Assembly (NCBI GenBank): GCA_026003215.1
Contig: BPGV01000001.1
Coordinates: 1,515,729 to 1,579,728 of the forward strand
Reading direction: 5' to 3'
Source: Bacteroidia bacterium
GTDB taxonomy: Bacteria > Bacteroidota > Bacteroidia > SpSt-205
Length of the DNA stretch: 64,000 bases
This document shows positions 53,670 through 63,116 of this stretch, piece after piece. The translations under genes were made by a program, and so were the position numbers. Numbering within the stretch: position 1 is the stretch's first letter; the number at the start of each line of letters is the position of its first letter. The notes below the pieces were generated by a model. It worked only from the letters and a program-made list of their open reading frames with translations. It was not told the DNA's origin and ran no database searches.

Positions 53670-56600
53670 ATGTTTGGCGGTATTTTGAAGCGGCCGGTTT
53701 TGGCCATAGTGATTTCGGTGCTGATGGTTTTCGTGGGGCTTTTGTCGCTGTATCAGCTGCCGGTGTCGCAGTTTCCGCAGGTGGCCCCCACCACAGTAAA
53801 TGTTTTTATCGCATATCCGGGTTCCAGCGCGGATGTACTTATAAAATCCACCATTATTCCCTTGGAGTAAGCTATTAATGGGGTGCCTGGCATGCGGTAT
53901 ATTATATCCGATGCGACCAGTGCGGGCGAGGGTACCATTCAAGTGGTATTTGATCCCGGCACAGACCCCGACGAAGCGGTGGTGCGGGTCAAGATCCGGG
54001 TAGACCAAGTGATGCCGCTGCTCCCGCCGCTTGTGCAGCGTGAGGGGGTGATTATCACGCCTATTGACCCCAGCATGCTAATGTATATAAACTTGTACAG
54101 CACCGATAGCACGCTGGATGAGAAGTTCTTATACAACTATGCGCTGACTAAAATGATACCCGAGCTCCAGCGCATCAAGGGGGTGGCACGAGCGCAGATC
54201 TTGGGAAGTCGGATTTATGCCATGCGGGTATGGCTTAACCCCGATCGCATGCGGGCCTACAATGTCTCCGCCGAAGAGGTGATGGAGGCGATGCTGGAAC
54301 AAAGCCTTTTGGCACGGCCGGGCCGCCTGGGACAAAGCTCCGGCAAAATGGCCCAGTCCTTGGAATACACGCTCTTTTATCAAGACCGCTATAATAAACC
54401 CGAACAGTACGAAAATATCATCATCCGAGCCGACGAAGATGGCAAAATTCTCCGCCTTAAGGATATTGCACGTGTGGAGCTGGGTTCAGAGTTTTATGAT
54501 ATTTACTCTAACATCAACGGCCATGTGGCTACTTCTATTGTACTTAAGCAAATAACGGGCAGCAATGCACAAGAAGTCATCCGTCAAGTCAAAGAAAAGC
54601 TAAACGAGTTTGAAAAAGACTTTCCCCCGGGCATGCATTATAACCTAAGCTATGATGTTTCACGCTTTTTAGATGCTTCTATAGAGCAGGTGGTGCATAC
54701 CTTGCGGGATGCGTTTATTTTAGTGGCGTTGGTGGTATTACTTTTCTTGGGAGAATGGCGTTCTACGCTTATACCGATGCTGGCGGTGCCCGTATCCTTG
54801 ATAGGTTCGTTCTTTTTTGCCAACATCTTTGGCCTTTCCATTAATATGGTGGTCTTATTTGCGTTGGTTTTGGCGATTGGTATCGTTGTAGATGATGCGA
54901 TTGTAGTGGTAGAAGCCACCCATTTGGAAATGGAGCTGGGGGCGGCTTCGCCCTATCAAGCGGTACAGAGAGCCCTCCGCAAGATAGGCGGGGCGGTCAT
55001 AGCGATAACCCTTGTGATGGTATCGGTATTTGTTCCGATTGCTTTTCTGAGTGGGCCAGTGGGGGTGTTTTATCGGCAGTTTTCTATTACGATTACCAGT
55101 GCGATTGCGTTATCGGCCGTGGTCGCGCTTACCCTTACGCCAGTGCTGAGTGCCATGATTCTGCGGCCACTAACGCATCATGGCCACGCTTCGGGGTGGG
55201 CAGGACGATTTTTGCAGAAGTTTAACCAAGCTTTTGAGCGGCTAACAGAACGGTATGCGGGGCTTGTTCGGGTGATTGTGACCCAACGCGGCCTTACTTT
55301 AGGCATTATTACCGCTTTTGTAGTTGGGATTGTGCTCTTAGCGCAACTTCTACCTGAAGGTTTTGTGCCCAATGAAGACCAGGGCATCCTATATGCGGTG
55401 CTACAAACCCCACCGGGTTCTACTTTGGAAAAGACCTTTGCTATTTCTCGCCAGCTCCAAGAAATTTGCGAAGAAATCCCCGAAATAGAATCGGCCACGG
55501 CGTTGGCGGGGTATGAGATTATGACAGAAGGGCGAGGTTCTAATGCGGGCACTGTGCTTATTAACCTCAAAGACTGGTCGCAGCGTGAGCGTTCTGTCGC
55601 AGAAGTCCGTGAAGAACTGGAAGAAAAAGCAAAGACTATTCCGGCCGTAGTAGAGTTTTTTGACCCGCCGGCGGTACCTGGTTTTGGGACTTCAGGGGGT
55701 TTTTCTTTGCGTCTTTTAGATAAAACTGGCACTTTGGATTATTTTGCCTTTGATAAGGTGGTCAAGACTTTCATGGATTCCCTCCGCAAGCGAAAGGAAA
55801 TCACGGGGCTCTTTACCTTTTATGCGGTTAACTACCCCCAATACGAGCTGATAATAGATAATCAGATTGCCATGCAAAAAGGTGTATCCATCGGCAAGGC
55901 GATGGAAAATCTGAATATCTTGATAGGCAGCACATACGAGCAAGGATTTATCCGCTTTGGGCGGTTTTTCAAGGTGTATGTGCAAGCGGGGCCGGAGTTT
56001 CGTAAATATCCCTCTGACCTACTCAATCTCTATGTCAAAAACGATAAGGGGGAGCAGGTGCCGTATTCTGCGTTCATGCGGCTGAGGAAACGGCAAGGTC
56101 CAAATGAGCTTACCCGCTATAACCTGTATAACTCGGCGGCTATTCGGGGGCTTCCTGCGCCGGGCTATACCACCGGCGAAGCTATACGCGCCATCCGAGA
56201 AGTAGCAGCTAAGACCCTCCCGCGCGGCTACGATATTGCGTGGGAAGGCCTCTCCTATGATGAAGCTAAAAGAGGGAATGAATCTTTATACATTTTTCTT
56301 GTGGTTTTGGCTTTCGTATATTTGGTGCTTGCGGCACAGTATGAGAGCTTTCTCCTTCCTTTTGCGGTGATCTTGTCTATACCGATAGGGGTGTTTGGGG
56401 CTTTCCTCATGCTGCGGCTCATGGGCCTTGCAAATGATATTTTCGCGCAGATAGCCCTCATAATGGTGGTAGGTCTTTTGGGGAAAAATGCCGTACTTAT
56501 TGTAGAGTATGCGGTGCAGCGGCAGCGGGAGGGGCTCTCTATGGCGGAGGCTGCAGTAGAAGGGGCTAAGCTGCGCTTACGGCCTATTTTGATGACTTCC

Positions 56601-56924
56601 TTTGCGTTTGTAGCGGGGGTGATACCGCTTATGTTGGCGCATGGGGCTGGAGCGGTCGCCAGTCGTACGGTGGGAAGTGCGGCTTTTGGCGCTATGGTAC
56701 TGGGCACTGTGGTGGGCGTGCTCGTGATTCCGGGGCTGTACTATATCTTTGCTAAGCTCGGCGAGGGACGTCAACTCCTCCACGCCCAAGAAGGCCGCTC
56801 GCTCACCGAGGAGATTGTGGCCGATAGTTATGCGCGGGCTTCGTTATGGAAGAAGTTCCTCCATGTGCGTACGCTATGGCGGCTGCGCAACCGTAAAAAA
56901 TCTTCAAAGAGTTTCCGCGTATGA
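53670..56924 (+). pseudogene. RND (AcrB/HAE1-type) efflux permease interrupted by an in-frame TAA at codon 67 (53868-53870)
   Basis: The two pieces, 53670-53867 (MFGGILKRPVLAIVISVLMVFVGLLSLYQLPVSQFPQVAPTTV...) and 53871 onward (AINGVPGMRYIISD...), are in the same frame and collinear with AcrB. The stop replaces the residue aligned to Gln in AcrB ...VIEQNMNGI... Confidence 0.85.
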
Positions 56925-58360
56925 AGGGGCGCTATCGGCGATATGCGCTGTTTATTGGACTATGGGGGCTTTTTGCTTGTGTAGGGCCTCGGCCGGTAGC
57001 CTTGCGAAGTAGTATTACCCTCCCTGCTCGGTATGCCGGCACGGCTCAGGCAGAGACCCTCTCTTTGGCGAATAACCCCTGGCAAAGCCTATACACAGAC
57101 CCTTATTTAGCCGCGCTCATAGACACGGCCTTGGCCCGCAACCAAGAGCTTAGCATACTCCTGACGGAAATAGAGATTGCTCACAGCGAAGTCAAGGCCC
57201 GCACCGGCGAATACCTTCCTTTCCTAAGCCCAGGAGGGCGGGTAGATGTGGATAAAGTGGGGCGTTATACGCGCATGGGGGCGGTGGAGCATACCCTGGA
57301 GGTAGCCCCCGGCGAAGCTTTCCCAGAGCCCTTCTCTACTTATGAGATAGGGGCTTATGCCCACTGGGAACTGGATATATGGAAGCGCCTGCGCACCCTC
57401 CGCCGGGCGGCTCTCTTGCGCTACTTGGCCACCATAGAAGGACGACGCTACGCAGTCACCCGTCTGGTCGCCGAGATAGCCGAGACGTACTATGAACTCT
57501 TGGCTGTAGATAACCTCCTAACTACCATAGACGAGTACATCCAAATCCAAATGAATGCCCTGCAGCTTATGCGCCTGAGTAAAGCTGCGGGCAAAGCTAC
57601 CCAACTGGCTGTCAATCGTTTTGAAGCACGTCTGCTTCATACCCAAAATCGCCGATATGCCCTCCAGCAGCGTCGCACCGAGCTGGAAAACTACCTAAAC
57701 TTCTTAGTGGGTCGCCTGCCAGAGCCTTTGCCCCGTGCCTCCCAAGGGTTCTTGGATAAAACTATTGATACGACCCTCATGGTAGGCGTACCTCTGCAGC
57801 TCTTGCGGAATAGGCCTGACCTTCGTCAAGCGGAGTTAGAGCTCAAAGCGGCGCATTTAGAAGCCCTTGCGGCGTATGCGGCTTTCCTCCCTCAAGTTTC
57901 TTTATCAGGTGTGGTAGGGATGCAAGCTTTCCGGCCGGCGTTTCTGCTCTCGCCGGAGTCTATGTTGTATCAACTGGCTGCGGAGGCTATACTCCCCTGG
58001 ATAAACCGAAATGCCCTCAAAGCCGGTTATATTGCGGCCAAAGCGCGGCAGCGCCAGGCCCTCCTCCGCTATGAGCGAACGCTTATTCATGCTTACGCCG
58101 AGGTGCTCAATGAGCTGGCCCATATCCAAAACTTCTCCCAAAGCTTCCGGGTGAAAGCCGAGGAGGTGCGTCTCCTCACCGAGTCCATCGCTATAGCCAA
58201 TAATCTGTACCGTGCCGCAGAGGCCGATTATTTGGAAGTCCTTCTGACGCAAGTAGAGGCTTTGGATGCCCGTATGGAGCTTATAGAGACTAAGCTTGAG
58301 CTGTTGAAAGCGCAGATTGGGTTATACCGGGCATTGGGGGGCGGTTGGCAAGGGACATGA
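56921..58360 (+). CDS. TolC/NodT-family outer-membrane efflux lipoprotein
   Basis: Lipobox GLFAC, two OEP repeats, and the C-terminus LYRALGGGW. Confidence 0.8.
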   Translation: MKGRYRRYALFIGLWGLFACVGPRPVALRSSITLPARYAGTAQAETLSLANNPWQSLYTDPYLAALIDTALARNQELSILLTEIEIAHSEVKARTGEYLPFLSPGGRVDVDKVGRYTRMGAVEHTLEVAPGEAFPEPFSTYEIGAYAHWELDIWKRLRTLRRAALLRYLATIEGRRYAVTRLVAEIAETYYELLAVDNLLTTIDEYIQIQMNALQLMRLSKAAGKATQLAVNRFEARLLHTQNRRYALQQRRTELENYLNFLVGRLPEPLPRASQGFLDKTIDTTLMVGVPLQLLRNRPDLRQAELELKAAHLEALAAYAAFLPQVSLSGVVGMQAFRPAFLLSPESMLYQLAAEAILPWINRNALKAGYIAAKARQRQALLRYERTLIHAYAEVLNELAHIQNFSQSFRVKAEEVRLLTESIAIANNLYRAAEADYLEVLLTQVEALDARMELIETKLELLKAQIGLYRALGGGWQGT

Positions 58361-58375
58361 GGCGATATTTGTGGG

Positions 58376-59134
58376 ATGGTGGTCCAGCGTATCATCCCCT
58401 GCTTGGATGTGCAAGGCGGCCGAGTGGTTAAGGGTGTGCATTTTCAAAATCTCCGCGACATGGGGGATCCTGTGGAGTTAGGTCTGCGGTATGAAGACTT
58501 AGGGGCAGATGAACTGGTGTATTTGGACATTTCGGCCAGTGTGGAGGAAAGAAAGACCTTTGCGCAAGCGGTAGAGCGCATAGCGGCGCGGTTGCGTATT
58601 CCTTTCACAGTAGGGGGGGGGGTAGGGGATGTGGAAGATATTCGGCGCTTGTTAGAGGCCGGAGCGGATAAAGTCTCCATAAATACGGCCGCTCTCCAAC
58701 GGCCCGAACTGATAACGGAGGGGGCGGCCCGCTTCGGTCGCCAGTGCATCGTCGTGGCCATAGATGTAGCTCGGGAGGAAGGCGGTACCTATCGGGTATA
58801 TTCGCATGGCGGGCGGCGTCCCACTGCGTGGGAGGCGGTAGCGTGGTGTAAAACCGCTGAGGCCGCCGGCGCCGGCGAAATCCTCCTCACCGCTATCGGC
58901 CGAGATGGCACACGCCAAGGCTTTGATATCCCCCTCACGCGTCAAGTCGCAGAAGCCCTTTCCGTACCGGTGATTGCCTCAGGCGGGGCTGGACGCATAG
59001 AGCACTTCTTGGAGGTGTTTCGCGAGGGGAAGGCCGACGCAGCCCTCGCTGCCGGCATTTTTCATGAAGGCCTTCTTACACCCCAACAGATCAAGTCGTA
59101 CCTTCACGCGAAAGGACTATCGGTACGGCTATGA
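58376..59134 (+). CDS. hisF: imidazole glycerol phosphate synthase cyclase subunit
   Basis: Contains RIIPCLDV..GRVVKGV.F, DELVYLDI, FTVGGGV and ASGGAG. Confidence 0.95.
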   Translation: MVVQRIIPCLDVQGGRVVKGVHFQNLRDMGDPVELGLRYEDLGADELVYLDISASVEERKTFAQAVERIAARLRIPFTVGGGVGDVEDIRRLLEAGADKVSINTAALQRPELITEGAARFGRQCIVVAIDVAREEGGTYRVYSHGGRRPTAWEAVAWCKTAEAAGAGEILLTAIGRDGTRQGFDIPLTRQVAEALSVPVIASGGAGRIEHFLEVFREGKADAALAAGIFHEGLLTPQQIKSYLHAKGLSVRL

Positions 59135-59736
59135 CTGCGCCGGACTTCTCGCGGGGGCTTTTGCCCGCCGTAGTGCAAGACGCCGAAACCCATGCCCTCC
59201 TCATGGTAGGCTATATGAACGAAGAAGCCTATCACCATACGCTGGAAACAGGCTGGGTGACTTTCTTTAGCCGGAGTCGTCAGTGCCTCTGGGTAAAAGG
59301 CGAAACCTCCGGCGCAAAGCTCAAGCTGGTGGAGCTGCGGGCGGATTGCGATGGGGACACGGTATGGGTGCGGGCACTTCCCTTAGGGCCTACTTGCCAT
59401 AGGGGTACTTATAGCTGTTTTGCGGAGGAAGGCGAGCTTTTAGGTAGCTTCTTGGGTCATCTGTGGCGGATTATCCAGGAAAAAGCCCAGCATATGGAAA
59501 CAAACTCGTATACAGCGACCCTCCTGCAAAAGGGACTTCCGGCTATAGCCCAAAAAGTCGGCGAGGAAGCCGTGGAAGTGGTGGTAGCAGCCTTAGCCCA
59601 GTCTCGCGCGCGTTTAGCTGAAGAGGCGGCTGACCTTATGTATCATTTATGGGTACTCCTGCTGGCAGCGGGGCTCTCCCCGGCTGAGGTGGAGGCTGTC
59701 TTACGAAGGCGGCATGAGCGGCGCACCGGAGTATGA
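59131..59736 (+). CDS. hisIE: bifunctional phosphoribosyl-AMP cyclohydrolase / phosphoribosyl-ATP pyrophosphatase
   Basis: The HisI part is LLPAVVQD....LMVGYMN.EA...T...G.VTFFSRSR..LW.KGETSG. The HisE part is SYT..LL..G...I..KVGEEA.E....EAADLMYH. Confidence 0.9.
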   Translation: MTAPDFSRGLLPAVVQDAETHALLMVGYMNEEAYHHTLETGWVTFFSRSRQCLWVKGETSGAKLKLVELRADCDGDTVWVRALPLGPTCHRGTYSCFAEEGELLGSFLGHLWRIIQEKAQHMETNSYTATLLQKGLPAIAQKVGEEAVEVVVAALAQSRARLAEEAADLMYHLWVLLLAAGLSPAEVEAVLRRRHERRTGV

Positions 59737-60010
59737 ACTCGTAGGCGTCCTGCACGCTATTTTACCCCCCATACAACTGCGCCCCGATAGGATTAAGCTT
59801 CCCTTTGTGGTGCTAAGCGATACCCCTCAGCCTCAGCTTATCTTGTTAGAAGCCTATACCCCTCTGGCAGAAAAGCTTCGGATTCTACCCCTGTCGGAAA
59901 AAATACGGGTGCGTTTTACCCTGGAAGGGCGCCTTTGGCACCCGCCTCAAGGCCAGAGCCGCTATGTCACCCGCCTCGTGGCCATAGCAGTGGAACGGCT
60001 TTCGGCGTAA
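59714..60010 (+). CDS. DUF3127-like (OB-fold-like) small protein
   Basis: YELVGVLHAILP...FVVLSD....QLILLEAY......L.....IRVRFTLEGRLW....G.SRYVT.L.A..VE matches my recollection of the DUF3127 pattern. Confidence 0.45.
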   Translation: MSGAPEYELVGVLHAILPPIQLRPDRIKLPFVVLSDTPQPQLILLEAYTPLAEKLRILPLSEKIRVRFTLEGRLWHPPQGQSRYVTRLVAIAVERLSA

Positions 60011-60015
60011 CTTTG
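60008..60015 (+). promoter_or_regulatory. putative -7 box TAACTTTG, 6 nt upstream of the ATG at 60022
   Basis: Sequence reads TAACTTTG-TGGAGT-ATG. It lies at the very end of the DUF3127-like gene. Confidence 0.45.
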
Positions 60016-60021
60016 TGGAGT

Positions 60022-61269
60022 ATGGACTTATTTGAAAAGGTACGGGCGCGCATGCGCGCCGACTTAGGCAAATACGCGGAAATCGGACATCATTATTTAG
60101 CTTTTCCGAAACTCACCGGCCCCTTGGGGCCTCACATGTACTTCCAGGGAAAGCCAATGTTGGTATGGTCTCTGAATGACTACTTGGGCTTAGCGAATGA
60201 CCCCCGGGTGCGCGAAGCTGACGCCGAAGCCGCTAAGGCCTACGGCCTTGCCTATCCGATGGGTTCTCGCATGCTTACGGGTAATACCGATGAGCATGAG
60301 GCGTTAGAGCGGGAGCTGGCGGACTTTGTCGGCAAGCCCGATGCCTACCTCATGAACTATGGGTATCAAGGGTTTTTGTCGGTAATAGATGCGCTCACGG
60401 ATAGGCATGATGTGGTGATTTATGACAGCCTTTCGCATGCGTGCCTTATAGATGGGGTTCGGCTCAGTCCGGCGCTACGGATGAGCTTCCGCCATAACGA
60501 TATAGGCCACTTAGAGGAGCGGCTCAAGCGGGCCGTGGCCCATGTCGAAAAGACCGGCGGGGGCATCTTAGTGATTACCGAAGGGGTATTTGGGATGCGA
60601 GGCGACTTAGGGGCGTTGGATAAGATAGTGGCGCTAAAAGCCAAGTATCCGTTTCGGCTGCTGGTGGATGATGCGCATGGTTTCGGGGTAATGGGGCGCA
60701 CAGGGCGGGGCGTGCCTGAGCACTTTGGGGTGGAAGAGGCGGTGGATATTTGGCTGGCTACCTTCGCTAAGACGATGGCCTTGATTGGGGCATTCGTGGC
60801 CGGGGAACGCGAGGTTATCCAGTACTTACGGTATCACCTCCGCAGTCAGATTTATGCGAAGGCTTTGCCTATTGCGGCCGTGATAGGGGCACGCAAGCGT
60901 TTGGCGATTATCCGTCAGGAGCCAGAACGGCTGGCTCGTCTCTGGCACATCACGCGCCGGCTTCAAGAGGGCCTCAAAGCAGCAGGCTTTGATATTGGTG
61001 TGACTGAATCGCCGGTGACCCCTGTCTATCTCCATGGAAGTGACGCCGAAGCCATTGCCTTAGTAAAAGACCTGCGGGAAAACCTTGGCATTTTCTGCTC
61101 GGGGGTTACTTATCCGGTGATAGAGAAGGGGAAGATAATACTACGGCTTATCCCCACCGCGGCCCACACAGAGGAAGATGTGGCTCGCACGATAGAGGCT
61201 TTCCGACAAGTAGCGCAGCGTCTGCGTGAGGGCGTATATGCGCGTCTCTCTTCTTCTTTACCTGTATGA
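60022..61269 (+). CDS. alpha-oxoamine synthase (serine palmitoyltransferase / cysteate-fatty-acyl transferase / Kbl-like PLP enzyme)
   Basis: Contains YLAFPKLTG, WSLNDYLGL, DSLSHACLIDG, LVDDAHGFGVMG..GRG, and the PLP lysine in TFAKT. Its overall collinearity is with Bacteroidota Spt-type enzymes. Confidence 0.75.
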   Translation: MDLFEKVRARMRADLGKYAEIGHHYLAFPKLTGPLGPHMYFQGKPMLVWSLNDYLGLANDPRVREADAEAAKAYGLAYPMGSRMLTGNTDEHEALERELADFVGKPDAYLMNYGYQGFLSVIDALTDRHDVVIYDSLSHACLIDGVRLSPALRMSFRHNDIGHLEERLKRAVAHVEKTGGGILVITEGVFGMRGDLGALDKIVALKAKYPFRLLVDDAHGFGVMGRTGRGVPEHFGVEEAVDIWLATFAKTMALIGAFVAGEREVIQYLRYHLRSQIYAKALPIAAVIGARKRLAIIRQEPERLARLWHITRRLQEGLKAAGFDIGVTESPVTPVYLHGSDAEAIALVKDLRENLGIFCSGVTYPVIEKGKIILRLIPTAAHTEEDVARTIEAFRQVAQRLREGVYARLSSSLPV

Positions 61270-63116
61270 GTATGGCCTCGCCTGTGGATGTGACACGCCA
61301 GCAAAAGCTGGTAGATGAACTGAATAGCCAAGCCTACGAGGAAAGATATAACAATACTGCGCTGACCCTTAAGCTGGCCGAGGATGCGCTCCAAAAAGCA
61401 CAGGCTATTCATTATACCGAGGGCGAGGCCTGGGCCTTGCGTAACTTAGGTATAGGCCATGCGATTCAAGGCCGCTTGGAAGAAGCCGAAAAGTACTTCT
61501 TAGAAGCCCTAAAGCTCTTTGAAGGGTTAGAAAACATGCGGGGCTTAGGGCTTACCCTTTCTAATCTGGGTACGGTTTATCAGCAAGTGGGGCGGCTGGA
61601 TAAAGCAGTAGAGCATTTGGCTCGTTCTTTGCGCTATTTAGAGCTTGTTCCGGATTTAGCTTTCTTTTATGCGCAGACCTTAGCTAATCTGGGTTCCCTT
61701 TTTGGTGAGCTGGAACAGTTAGAACTGGCGCGGGAGTATCATGAAAAAGCGTTGCATATTCATGAGCAGGTGGGAGCTAAGCGGGGGATGTTCTTTTCTT
61801 GTGTGAGTTTGAGCTCGCTACACCAAAGTATAAAGCAGTATTCGCAGGCGGAGGCTTACATTAGTCAAGCGTTGGATATAGCTACGGACTTAGGGGAGGA
61901 GGATTTAGTGGTGAGGGCCTTACTCAGTCATGCCCAGCTTTTGAATGAAATGGGGCGCCATGAAGAGTCGTTGGGGCGGTTAGAGCGGGCGGAGGAGCTG
62001 GCGCAGTTGATACACAATCCCCACTTGCAGCTACACATATATGCCACCATGGCCGATACCTATGTGGCGTTGGGTTTGCTGGAAAAAGCCCATGAAATTC
62101 TGCGTAAAGTAGAAGCTTTGCGAGGCGAGGTTCGGCAAGGCGTGATGGAGTATTTTCTTTCAGAAATACAGGCGCGCTTGGCCGAAAAAGAAGGGCGGTA
62201 TGAGGACGCTTACAAGCAGTATAAAGACTATGCTACCAAGAGATTAGAGATGCAGCGGGCTGTCTCCCGGACTACGGTGGCGTCCTTAGAGCGGATTTTA
62301 CGGGAAGATATCCTGGGAAAGGAAAAAGAAGTAACCGGGGAGTTTGTGGTGGCTCGGCGCATTCAAGAGGCCCTTTTGCATGGGGAGGCGGAGCTACAGC
62401 AAGTTTTTCCGGAAAGTGTATATTGGTTAGTGCCTAAGGGGGTGGTCAGTGGCGATTTTCTCTGGGTAGGACGAGGAAAGGATGGAGCCCAAGTGCTCGC
62501 AGTAGTAGATGCCTCGGGTGCCGGTGTCTCTGCGGCCATCCTCTCTACTATCGCCCACACGCTCCTGTATGAAATTGTGACTTTGCGGGGGGTGACCGAC
62601 CCCGGTCGTATTCTTAGTCAGCTGCATAAAAGCCTTTTAGACCTTCTGTATCCTCCCACCAAGAAAAGCGATCCCGAGTTAGAGGCCTTACAAACAGAAG
62701 GATTTCAAGTGGGGGTATGTACAGTCCTATCCTCGGCTGGGGAGGTGCACTATGCAGGGGCACATATCCCGCTGTGGGTATATACGCCTATGCTGGGCTG
62801 GGAACAGCTACAGGCGGATAGGCGCTTAGTAGGGCAGCGGCTGGAAGGCGAAGAGAAAACGCCTCGGCTCTACACCAGTACGATTATTCCCGTGGAGAAG
62901 CAGTGGGTGCTCCTCTTCCTCACAGATGGATGGGAGCGTCAAGTGCGTGCTTCGGATGGTAAGCGGTACGGCCGTGCTGCCGTCCGAGACTTCCTCACCC
63001 AAAATCCGCCTAAGGAGTTAGAGCCGTGGGTAGAGAGTATTAAGGAGGAGTTTGAGCGCTGGCGCAGTGGGGCGACCCCTACGGATGATGTGCTCCTCGT
63101 AGCCGTGCGGCTATGA
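61266..63116 (+). CDS. TPR-repeat sensor fused to a PP2C/SpoIIE phosphatase domain
   Basis: The N-terminal ~330 aa carries TPR repeats (..ALRNLGIGH.., ..LSNLGTVYQ.., ..LANLGSLF..). The C-terminal part has SGDFLWV, VVDASGAGVSAA, LTDGWE and TDDVLLVAVRL. ATGA overlap with the upstream gene. Confidence 0.75.
   Translation: MSMASPVDVTRQQKLVDELNSQAYEERYNNTALTLKLAEDALQKAQAIHYTEGEAWALRNLGIGHAIQGRLEEAEKYFLEALKLFEGLENMRGLGLTLSNLGTVYQQVGRLDKAVEHLARSLRYLELVPDLAFFYAQTLANLGSLFGELEQLELAREYHEKALHIHEQVGAKRGMFFSCVSLSSLHQSIKQYSQAEAYISQALDIATDLGEEDLVVRALLSHAQLLNEMGRHEESLGRLERAEELAQLIHNPHLQLHIYATMADTYVALGLLEKAHEILRKVEALRGEVRQGVMEYFLSEIQARLAEKEGRYEDAYKQYKDYATKRLEMQRAVSRTTVASLERILREDILGKEKEVTGEFVVARRIQEALLHGEAELQQVFPESVYWLVPKGVVSGDFLWVGRGKDGAQVLAVVDASGAGVSAAILSTIAHTLLYEIVTLRGVTDPGRILSQLHKSLLDLLYPPTKKSDPELEALQTEGFQVGVCTVLSSAGEVHYAGAHIPLWVYTPMLGWEQLQADRRLVGQRLEGEEKTPRLYTSTIIPVEKQWVLLFLTDGWERQVRASDGKRYGRAAVRDFLTQNPPKELEPWVESIKEEFERWRSGATPTDDVLLVAVRL

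Noticed and set aside
52529-58360. The RND efflux operon and the beta-propeller gene at 7400-8512 have lower GC than their surroundings, which could be a sign of horizontal acquisition.
   Set aside because: This rests only on hand counts of a few 60-nt lines (about 40-50% against about 55-60% nearby). Conserved core genes such as sufB also dip to about 50%. There are no flanking mobility genes, tRNA-adjacent direct repeats or integrase. The evidence is insufficient to call an island.
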